From Octopus sinensis (Eukaryota): 64,000 nt of DNA. The stretch spans positions 43,338,001 to 43,402,000 of the forward strand of contig NC_043013.1 of NCBI RefSeq assembly GCF_006345805.1. Reading direction: 5' to 3'. Below are positions 1 to 11,504 of this stretch, one piece after another. Made by a program: the position numbers and the translations under genes. The notes beneath the pieces were generated by a model. It saw nothing but the letters and a program-made list of their open reading frames with translations, was not told where the DNA came from and made no database searches. How positions within the stretch are numbered: position 1 is the first letter of the stretch; each line of letters begins with the position of its first letter.

Positions 1-734
1 GGCTATTCTCCACGGCAACGCCATCGTGGTCATTACCACGGGTCGCGACTGACCGCGTCATTTGTTCTGGGGTATGTACCCATCACCCCTTCCCCCTCTA
101 CATTATGCTGCTTTACCCCTCCTCCTTGTTTCTTTTCCTCTTTTTTCCCCTATTTCTTCTTATTTAATTGGTAAATAAAATATGTGAGTGAATACATACA
201 ACGCCTCTACAGACAGAGAAAGAAAAGAATATTAAAAAAAATTAACATTGAGCAATATAATTCCAGGACTGTGTGGTAAGAAACTTCCTTCCTAACCACA
301 TGGTACCGGGTTCACTCCCACTGCAGGGCACCTTGAGCAGGCGTCTTCTACTATAGCCTCGGGCCGATTATAAGCTTTATTATTGGATTTAGTAGATGGA
401 AACTAAAAGAAGCCCGTCTCATATATATGTACTTATGTGTGTATGTGTATATATCTATGTATGTGAGTCTTTGTGTCAGTGTTTCTCCCCACTTTCTTTC
501 TTTCTTTCTTGACAACTGGTGTTGGTGTGTTTACGTCCCCTTAACTTAGCATTTCGGCAAAAGTGGCTAATAGAATAAGTTCTAGGCTTTAAAAATAAGA
601 AGGCCTGGAGTCGATTTTTTCGACTAAAGAAAAAAAACCTTTAAGGCGGTGCCCCAGCATGGTCGCGGTTAAATGACTAAAAGACAAAAGGCAATTTGGT
701 ACATCTCCGAAAAACGAAAGAAAAGCATTCTTTT

Positions 735-916
735 ATTTGTTTCAGTCATTTGACTGTGGCCATGCTGGAGCACCGCCTTTAGTCGAACAACTCGACCCCA
801 GGACTTATTCTATCGGTCTCTTTTGCAGAATCGCTGTGTTACGGGGACGTAAACACACCAGCATCGGTTGTCAAGTGATGGTGGGGGGACAAACACACAC
901 GTGTGTGTGTGCGTGT

Positions 917-978
<62 letters not shown>

Positions 979-1150
979 ATACATATATGACGGGCTTCTT
1001 TCAGTTTCCGTCTACCAAATTCGCTCACAAAGCTTTGGTCAGCCCGAGGCTATAGTGGAAGACACTCGCCCAAGATGCCACGCAGTAGGACCGAACCCGG
1101 AACCATGTGGTTGGTAAGCAAGTTACTTACCACACAGCCACTCCTACGCC
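735..1150 (-). mobile_element. SINE A (faces a diverged + copy at about 265-690)
   Basis: Similarity to 7062-7458. Confidence 0.85.
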
Positions 1151-2172
1151 TATCTTTGGTTAAAGATCTGTTCGATCGGGGTCTGAACGATGACAAACAA
1201 CCATAACTCAAAATGGAGAGTTTCTACGCTGTTGCTCAACCGGCTAGAAATAGCAGCCAAATTTGTGTCACATCACACCCCTTTTCTTCTTCTTCTTAAA
1301 ATCCAAAGATATATCAGCGACGTAGCTTTGGATTTACAAAAAGACGAATTAGTTATGGCTAAAACATCGTCGATTAATATATCTTCTGCTCGGTCGATAA
1401 CGGATTATTTGAGGAGAAACCACACTAACATTGATATGGAACATTTGAAAAACGGGTATACGTTATATCTGACTCTACTGGTGGTGGTGGTGGTGGTGGT
1501 GAAGTTAGTAATGTGGGTATGAAGTTAGTAAATTGAGTATCGCTGGAGTTATCCCCCATGATTTAAAGGAAGATAACTCTAGCTGAGATTCAATTTGTCA
1601 AAGAAAATTCATTTATAAACCTGATCATCGCACAGAACGCTACAATGAACGTCACTATTTTATTAGTTCGTCAATGATGTGTGGTGATGAATTAGAATTA
1701 TTTTATCGCTGATGTTTGTCTCCAAATTAGTCCAGATTGAGGAAATCTTTGGTCAAAAGCGTTCTCTCAATGACCACTCCATCTTCGTGTATATATATAT
1801 ATATATATATAACAAATTAATAAATAAAACATATGCATATATACATACATATATATACGTACCTACCTCTACATGTATATATACATGCATATATGGGTAC
1901 AGGATACCAAAAAAACGTCGAACACAATGAGAAACGAAAACATAAACACAAAACCAAGGAAATGGACATTTTTCTTAAACAATGAAAAAATAGAGTACAG
2001 GACATTCTTTCAGGCTGTTAATGTTCTGAGTTCAAATCTCGATGGAGTTAACTCTACCTTTCATCCCACTCGAGTTGAAAATTACTAGTCAAGTACTGGA
2101 TCACCTGTATCGTCTACTTTCCCTCTCCCTCAAAATTCCTGGCCTTGTATTTAAATCAGAAACATTATTCAA

Positions 2173-2760
2173 AGGTAGTGAGCTGGCAGAAACGTTAGCA
2201 CGCCGGACGAAATGCTTAGCGGTATTTCGTCTGCCGCTACATTCTGAGTTCAAATTCCACCGAGGTTGACTTTGCCTTTCATCCTTTCGGGGTCGATAAA
2301 TTAAGTACCAGTTACGCACTGGGGTCGATATAATCGATTTAATCCTTTTAACTGTCCTTGTTTGTTCTCTCTGTGTTTAGCCCATTGTGGGTAGTAAAGA
2401 AATAGGTATTTCGTCTGCCGTTACGCTCTGAGTTCAAATTCCGCTGAAGTCGACTTTGCCTTTCGTCCTTTAGGGGTTGATTAAATAAGTACCAGTTACG
2501 AACTGGGGTCGATATAATCAACTTAACCAGTTTGTCTGTCCTTGTTTGTCCTCTCTCTGTGTTTAGCCCCTTGTGGGTAGTAAAGAAATAGGTATATCGT
2601 CTGCCGCTACATTCTGAGTTCAAATTCCACCGAGTTCAACGTTGCCTTTCATCCTTTCGGGGTCGATTAAATAAGTACCAGTTACACACTGGGGTCGATA
2701 TAATCGACTTAATCCGTCTGTCTGTCCTTGTTTGTCCCCTCTTGACAGTAAAGAGATAAG
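2173..2760 (+). mobile_element. SINE family B, head plus three tandem body units
   Basis: Head GAGCTGGCAGAAACGTTAGC, B box GAGTTCAAATTCC, core GCCTTTCATCCTTTCGGGGTCGATAAATTAAGTACCAG (resembles the MetaSINE-type core from memory). Confidence 0.85.
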
Positions 2761-3396
2761 AATCATAAGCATATTGAAAGAAATGCTTGGCGGCATTATT
2801 TCTGCCTCTTCACATTCTGAAACGGAATCCCACCGAAATCAACTTTTTTTATCCTTTCGGACTCGATAATAAAATAAATACCAGTGATATACTGGTGTCC
2901 ACTAATCGTCTCCCATCAAAATTGCTGGCCTTGTACCAAAATTTCAAACAGAATTCAGCGAGCAGACAAACTCGTTAGCACACTGGACAAAACGTTTCAC
3001 AGCACATCTTCCGGCTATTTACGTTATGAGTTCAAATTCCACCGAGGTCGGCTTTGACTTTCATCCTTACGGGGTCGATGAAATAAGTACCAGTTGAACA
3101 CTGGAGCATCAACTAGCACCCTCCCTTCAAATTTCAGGCCTTGTGCATATTGTAGAAAAGATTATGAAGACGGTGAGCTGCTGGTAGAATCGTTAGCGCG
3201 TTGGATAGAATATTTGCTGCATTTCTTCCAGCTCTTTACATTCTGAGTTCAAATTCCACCTGGGTCAACTTTTGCTTTTATCCTTCCAAAGTCGATAAAA
3301 TAAAGTACTCGGGTCGATGTACCCCAACACCCTTTAATTTCTGACCTTGTACCGAAATTAGAAAGAATTAGCAGCAGCAGCAATCCCCGTATAAAT

Positions 3397-3690
3397 TCAT
3401 CATCATCATCATCGTTTAACATCCACTTTCCATGCTAGCATGGATTGGACGATTTGACTGAGGTCTGACGAACCAGATGGTGGCACCAGGCTCCAATCTG
3501 ATCTGGCAGAATTTCTACAGCTGGATGACCTTCCTAACGTCAACCACTCCGAGAATGTAGTAGGTGATTTTACGTGCCACCGGCACGAGAGCCAGTCAGG
3601 TGGTACTGGCAACGGCCACACTCAAATGGTGTTTTTTATGTGCCACCTGCACAGGAGCCAGTCTAGTGGCAACGACCATGCTCCAATGTT
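3397..3690 (-). mobile_element. Short 3' UTR copy of the RTE family (further short copies at 17912-18102 on + and 35262-35485 on -)
   Basis: (CAT)n tail and core similarity. Confidence 0.75.
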
Positions 3691-5689
3691 TTTTCAGCAT
3701 TGGTTGTCAAGCGATGTTGGAGGGACAAACACAGACACACAAACATATACACACACATACATATATATATATACATATAAGCGACGGACTTCTTTCAGTT
3801 TCCGTCTACCAAATCCACTCACAAGGCTTTGGTCGACCCGAGCCTATAGTAGAAGGTGCCGCGCAGAGGGAATGAACCCAGAACCATGTGGTTGGTAAGC
3901 AAGCTACTTACCACACAGCCACTCCTGCGCCTACCTAGAAAGCTGTAATCTATTATTTTTCAATTTACATCATAAACAATTTTAACCATGGAACAAAATT
4001 GAAGATATTATTTAAAATATCATTCTGCTACTGTACATCTAAATTGACAAAGTTTTAACAAATCTTAACACACTGTATTACATCGGAATTTTCTTATCAG
4101 AGAAGAATTCAAGATAGATTTGAAGCCAGCCACAGTGAACAAAATATAGTAGTTGCCCAACTGAATGGCAAATTCCAAAACATAAAACCATAGCAGTCTC
4201 ATGGATAATGTAAATGTTATATATCTAATAGACTATATCTTCAATTTTGTTCAATAGTTTATCAGTCAATTGTCTAACGAATAATGTAAATTTTATGCAT
4301 TTAATTTCATTCCACAGTTCAGAGCATGACAAAAAAGATAGGTAGGTAGGTAGGTAGGTAGGTACTATTGTATTAATTGATATAGACTCAGGCGCTTTCA
4401 TTGGCAGAATCATCAGAGTGTTTGACAAAATGCTTAACAGCATTAAGCTACAAACCTTTACTTTCTGAGTTCAAATCCTGCCAAACTGAACTCCATATTT
4501 TCATCTATTTGCAAAGGTCATTAAAATGAACCACCAGTGAAGTACTGGGGGAGGGTCCGATATAATCAACTACAACCTTTCCCAAAATTCCAGGCCTTGT
4601 GATTATAACAATTACCATTATTATTATTATTAGGACAGTGAGCTGGCAGAAGCATTAGCATGTCAGAAAAATTGCTTCACAGAATCGCTTCCAACTCTCT
4701 ACATTCCGAGCTCAAATCCTGCCAAACTCAACCTTACTCTTTGTTTTTGTTTTTTTTTTCAGAATCAGTGAAACTAACTACCAATCAAGCACTAAGGTCA
4801 ATGTAATTGAACTAAGCTCAACCCACTTAAAATTGTTGGTTTTGAGCTAAAATTTGAAACAATTATTATTATTAGAGTTCAAATTCCACCAAGGTTGACT
4901 TTGCCTTTCATACTTTCAGGGTCGACTAAATAAGTGCCAGTTATGCACTACTGAGGTTGATGTAATCGACTTAATCCCTTCCCCAAATTTGAGGCCTTGT
5001 GCTTCCAGTAAAAAGAATTATTATTATTATTATTATGGCAGTGGATTAAAAGAAACATTAGAGCAGCAGAACAAAGAACCTTACAGCATTTATTCGAGTA
5101 CCTTGTGTCCTTAGTTCAAATCTTAGAGCAGGAGCAATAAAATAACATACCAGTCAAGGACCTGAGTCAATATCTTCGAACAACCCCCTCCCCTCAAAAT
5201 TGTTGACCTTGTACTTAAATTAGAAACAATATTATTATCATTATTATTATCATTATTGTTATTATTACTAATTTTATTATCATCATTATTATTATTATTA
5301 TTAATCATTATCCCCATCGTTCTGCGAAATTTCCCAAATTCTTCAAAACTAAAAATATACAAAAAAAAAAAAACAGCAGCAGCAGTAATAGATTTTCTTT
5401 TTTTTTTTTTTAAATTTAAAAAAGTTTAAAAGTTTGGAGGTTTGATGGGAGTTTGTAATTAGATGGTGTTTTGGGGTTTTTTGACTTTCTGGTTTGCTTA
5501 AATTTGTTTGGGTTTCATTAGGTTTGGTACCAGTAAATTCAGTTCAGTTTTCTTAAGTGTTTAAAAAAAAAAAAAAAGGTAACCCTTTAAAAAAAAATAC
5601 AGGATTTTTTTTTTGTATGTTTTGTCTTTTCTGACTAAAACATTTTTGTTTAAAAGATAAGGAAATGTTGTTTTTCTTTTTTATTCTCC

Positions 5690-5786
5690 TTAGTGATGTT
5701 CAGGGTGGTTTTTAAGGCAGCTGATGAATTTGTCGACAGGAACTTCACCTAAACACATCCGATGTATTGTTGTGAACAGAGGAAAT
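5690..5786 (-). CDS. GPD1: GPD1 exon 9, coding part ([31 protein letters not shown])
   Basis: tttattttgtcag acceptor, 97 nt to TAA. Confidence 0.95.
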
Positions 5787-8700
5787 CTGACAAAATAAAT
5801 AAAATAAAAAATTAATTAATTAATTAATTGATTAATTAATAACAGAATCAATATATTAATCTCTCACACAAGCAACACATAACCATCATCATTTAACGTC
5901 CACTTTTCCATGCTTGCATGGGTTAGACAGAAATTGCTGAGATGGATTTTCTACAGCTGGACACCCCAAGCAAGGTAATATTTTCCCATGGCTAGACATG
6001 TTTTCCACAGAAGATTGAAAATAAATACCACTTGTATGATGGTGATGCTCGTTTACAACCATCATGTGATGTCAAGACAAAAGCACATACATACACACAA
6101 GCACACATAAATATGTGAAAGGCTTCTTTCTGTTACTGTCAATCAAATCCACTCACAAGGCTTTAGTTAGCCCAGGGCTATAGTAGAAGACACTTTTAAG
6201 CAAACTGGCAGAATCATTAGACCATCAGATAAAATGGCTTAGAGTATTCATTTCAGCCTTCTGCCTAAGTTCAAACCCCACCAAGCTAAACTTTGTACTT
6301 CATACTTTGAGGGCCAAAAATAGAATATTTTTTAATATTATCTCTTCTCTCAATGAAGTGAGTTAGTAGAATCATTAGCACAGTGGGCAAAATGTTTAGC
6401 GGCATTTCGTCTGTCTTCACATTCTGAGTTCAAATTCCACTGAGGTTAGTCAATGTAAATTGACTATCATCATCATCATCATTGTTCGACCATGGTCAAG
6501 ACAATGGAATTTACCATGTTACGCCAGACTTCACGGTCCATCATAGCACTACGGAGGTCCTGTTGCTGGATGCCTGTATCCCTGGAGATTACATCAGGGT
6601 AGGAGAGTGTGCGCCCTCTGGTATTGCGAGTAGATGGTTTCCAGAGGAGAAGAGTAGAAATTGCCTTGTTTTCAGCTCTACAACAATGTCCAGCAAACTG
6701 GACTCTCCTACCTTTCACAAGAGATGACACAGGTGGTAGTTTCACATATATTTGCATTTTCAACGGGGCTGGCCTTGTGCTTAGAAACATTATTATTACT
6801 AATATAGTCTGCTTTTTTTTAAGTGAAAATAAACAACCTGAATTACATCTAAGTGTAAATGTATACATTAAGTATATATTTGTATATTTTTATACTATAA
6901 TATTGGTATCCAACAGATGGTTCATTCCTCACCACAAAAATGGGTGGCACTATGCCTATTTTATCAACCCCAGTGTTCAGTTGGCAATTATTTTATTGAA
7001 TCAAGAAAGAGAAAAGATAAATTCGATTAAACTCGACAAGGATTCAAAAATTAGAAAATTAGGCGCAGGAGTGGCTGTGTGGTAAGTAGCTTGCTTATCA
7101 ACCACATGGTTCCAGGTTCAGTCCCACTGTGTGGCACCTTGGGCAAGTGTCTTCTACTACAGCCTCAGGCTGACCAAAGCCTTGTGAGTGGATTTGGTAG
7201 AAGGAAACTGAAAGAAACCCGTCGTATATATATGTATATGTATATATATATGTGTGTGTATGTTTGTCTCCCCAACATCGCTTGACAACCGATGCTGGTG
7301 CGTTTTACGTCCTTGTAACTTAGCGGTTCGGCAAAAGAGACCGATAGAATAAGTACAAGGCTTACAAAGAATAAGTCCTGGGGTCGATTTGCGCGACTAA
7401 AGGCGGTGCTCCAGTATGGCCACAGTCAAATGACTGAAACACGTAAAAGAGTAAGAGAATTTTCTTAAAAGAGCCTCAGTTAGGAATTGAAAAAGTTATC
7501 TCCCTTAGACTTATTTTTGTAGCTTACAAGCAAAACGGTGGAATTGGTTCGACTTTTGAGAAAGAAACCGCAGTAATTTTAGTTTTTACCCGTTTCACTC
7601 ATTGGACTATGGCCAAGCTGGGGCACAGCATTTGAGGATTTTGGCCGATCATTTCGAAACTAGTTTTTATCTCAGTCTAATACTTATTTTTTTTTATCAC
7701 AGTTCAATTATACCATAGATTACAGAACGTAAAGTGGCACAACATAAACAGTTTTAGATCACAGTAAACATACCTTTCGATTATAGAAACAAGGCTTAGA
7801 ACTTTGAAGCAGGGTGCTAGTTGGTTACATCGACCCCAGTGTTTAACTGGTATCTATTTTATCAAGTCCAAAAGGATGAAAAGCTAAAATCGACCTCAGC
7901 GGAATTTGAACTCAGAACACAAAGACAGATGAAATGTAGTCAAGCATTTTGCCTGGTGTGTAAACAATTCTACCATGATCAAAGGCACTCCAGCCAAGCC
8001 TATCCCTAGGAGAACATTATTCAGTGTGTCCTTTTCCTTTTTTTTTTTTAAGAGAGTAGATTGTGATTTGAGGAAATTTGTCTGCAATTTCTAGTAGATC
8101 AATGAGATAATATAGAGGCTCCCTTGAGGCAGTGAGCTGGCAGAATCGTTAGCACACTGGGTAAAATGCTTAGCGGTATTTCGTCTGCCATCAGGTTCTG
8201 AATTCAAATTCCGTCGAGGTCGATGTTGCCTTCCATCCTTTCAGGGTTGATTGAATACGTACCAGTTATACACTGGGGTCCGTGTAATCAACTTAATCCT
8301 TTTGTCTGTCCTTGTTTTGTCCCCTGTTTAGCCCCCTATGGGCAATAAAGAAATAAATATAGAGACTCTCTCTCTCTTTGATTCATTTTTATGTGATGAA
8401 TTATAGAAAATTAAGGTTTTTACCTGTCCTCCATATTCCTCGCCTTCAACATGATATTGACTTCAGCTGCTGTGGGCGGACCTTGCAGTTTTTGACCATT
8501 CAACATCTCCTGTTCCAGTTGCTCTATCGACTGGTGAAGAGAAGGGGGGGGGATATGTAAGTAATTAATAATTAACATAGAAACAGGGAATAGGTAAATG
8601 GATGAGAGGGAGGGAGTGAGTGGATAGGTGAGTGAGTGGGTGAGTGAGTGAGTGAGTGAGTGGATAAGTGAGTGAGTGAGTGGATATGTGAGTGAGCGGA

Positions 8701-11021
8701 GATATGAGTGAGTGAGTGGAGATGTAAGTGAGTGGATGTGAGTGAATATGTGAGTGAGTGAGTGAGTGGATATGTGAGGGAGTGGATGTGAATAAGTGAG
8801 GGAGTGAATGAGTAGGTGAGGGAGTGAATGAGTAAACGAGGGAGTGAATGAGTAAGTGAGGGAATGAATGAGTAAGTGAGGGAATGAATAAGTGAGGGAG
8901 TGAATGAATTTAGTGAGGGAATGAATGACTAAGTGATGTAGTGAATGAATGAGTGAGAGAGAGTGAATGAGTTAGCGAGGGAGTGAATGAGTAAGTGAGG
9001 GAATGAATAAGTGAGGGAATGAATGAGTGAGGAAGTGAATGGGGGGGAGAGGGAGGGAGCAAGTGAGAGAGTGAGTTAATTTTGAGTGACTAAATGGGTG
9101 GGCGGGTGAGCAAGTGAGTGAGTAATTTAGTGAATGGCTATCAGAGTGAGTGATTGAATAAGAGACTCAATGGGACCGTGTGACTACGTGTATGAATACA
9201 CATGCATCTTCATTGAAACAAGTAAAAGACCAAAAAATAAGTAAATTTGAATAAAAAAAAAAAAGAAAAGGAACATGTAAGAATTACAGAAGCGTTACCT
9301 TTCCTGTCTTAGCAAAAGCTTCAGCCACTCTGCGATTTCGACCCCCATAGCATGTGGTAATAAGATCAGCCACTCCACAGCTCTCCAAGAATGTCGACAT
9401 CATGGAACCTGAAAACATGAAATATGGGAAATCATCATCATCATCATTTAGCATCCGCTTTCCATGCTAGCATGGGTTGGACGGTTCAACTGGGGTCTGT
9501 GAAGCCAGAAGGCTGCACCAGGCTCCGGTCTTATCTGGCAATGTTTCTACGGCTGGATGCCCTTCCTAACGCCAACCACTCCATGAGTGTAGTGGGTGCT
9601 TTTTACGTGCCACCGGCACAGGTGCCAGACGAGTCTGGCAAACGGTCATGATCGGATGGTGCTTTTTATGTGCCACCAGCACGGGGGCCAGGCAAGGCTG
9701 GCAACGGCCACAAACGGATGGTGCTTTTTACGTGCCACTGGCATGAGGCCAGTCAGGGCGGTGCTGGCAACAGCCACGTTCAGATGGTTCTCTTACGTGC
9801 CACCGGCACTGGTAACTCAGCTGCAATTTCCATTGATCAATTTCGATCCTGATTCTCACTTGCCTCAACAGGTCTTCACAAGTAGAGTTTTGTGTCCCAA
9901 GAAGGGAAGGTATGCATAAGTGGACTGGCTACATCCCATGTAGAAGGCCACGGGTTATGGTCTCACTTGTCCTGCCGGGTCTTCTCACGCACAGCATACT
10001 TCCAGAGGTCTCGGTCTCTAGTCATTTCTTCAGTGAGACCTAAAGTTCGAAGGTCGTGCTTCACCATCTCGTCCCAGGTTTTCCTGGGTCTGCCTTTTCC
10101 ACAGGTTCCCTCAACCGCTAGGGTGTGGCACTTTTTCACACAACTATCTTCATCCATTCTTGCCACATGACCATACCAGCGCAAACGTCTCTCTTGCACA
10201 CCACATCTGATGCTTTTTAGTTAACAATTATCATCGTCATTATTTAATGTCCATTTTTCCATGCTTGCATGGGTCAGACAGATGCCCTACCTGTCACCAA
10301 CCCTCACCTATTTACAAGCAAATCAATATTTCCCCCATGGCCAGATGTTCTTTCTATAGAAGACTGGATGTGAAAGCCAGAAAGAAGGATAGCACGATCA
10401 GGTTCAAACTTTAATCACATAACCACAATAGTACCAACTATAAGCACACACGAGCAGAAGGCAGTGTGACAATAATAAAGATATGTTATGGTGAAAGTGC
10501 GGATAACTTTTGACTTCTCCTCATATATATATATATATAATATATCATCATCATCATTATCGTTTAATGTCCGTTTTCCGCGCTAGCACGGGTTGGACGG
10601 TTCGACCGGGGTCTGGGAAGTCAGGGGCTGCACCAGGCTCCAGTCTGATCTGGCAGTGTTTCTACAGCTGGATGCCCTTCCTAACGCCAACCACTCCATG
10701 AGTGTAGTGGGTGCTTTTTACGTGCCACCGGCACAGGTGCCAGGTGATTCTGGCATCGGCCACGATCGGTTGGTGCTTTTAACGTGCCACCGGCATGGAA
10801 GCTAGTCAAGGCGGCGCTGGCATCAGCCACGTTCGGATTGTGATTTTTATGTGCCACCGGCACAGAAGCCAGTCGAGGCAGCGCTGGCATCAGCCACGTT
10901 CGGATGGTGCTTTTTATGTGCCACCGGCACAGAAGCCAGTTGAGGCGGCACTGGCATCAGCCTTGTTCGGATGGTGCTTTTTATATGCCACCGGCACAGG
11001 TATCACAACTACTATTTCCAT

Positions 11022-11073
<52 letters not shown>

Positions 11074-11466
11074 TATATATAATATTATTATATACGTTTT
11101 TCTTATTATTTTGCACATTACTTAATCATTGTTATATTTTTTATCTTCTTTTTAATCTTTCTATTATATGTAATTTTCTAGATGGTGTAATTTAATTTTT
11201 CATTTTGAAGTGATAAAAGGTGTTTTTTTCTAATTTATATATATTTATATATATATAAAAAGAGAGAGAGAGAGAGGGTTGAAATTTACAAAAAAAAACA
11301 AAAGACAAAGACAGGTGTATAAACAAGCAGGTGTATTAGTTTGATGCTCAGGAAGGTGAGAAAGTCTTTTACGTTTCAAGCCTATGCTCTTCGACAGAAA
11401 GGAACACAGGGAAAATAAACAGAGGGAGAATAAAAAAGAAAAAAAACTTGTGGATTTAGCAGTCAA

Positions 11467-11504
<38 letters not shown>

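Noticed and set aside
737-1117. Recurrent ORFs such as ...[42 protein letters not shown] and [28 protein letters not shown]
   Set aside because: Antisense translations of SINE A, repeated wherever the SINE occurs; not a gene family
5680-5685. AATAAA 4 nt after the GPD1 stop as poly(A) signal
   Set aside because: It lies within an A-rich tract and is very close to the stop; the real 3' end cannot be placed from sequence alone
5670-5695. Alternative C-terminus or stop read-through of GPD1 (as in Drosophila Gpdh isoforms or peroxisomal extensions)
   Set aside because: No GT donor at the end of the coding sequence; the stop is TAA-G and read-through would add only two residues before another TAA, with no PTS1
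10700-11000. Regularly spaced palindromic repeats resembling a CRISPR array
   Set aside because: Spacers are homologous to each other, the array lies in a LINE 3' UTR, the context is eukaryotic, and no cas genes are present
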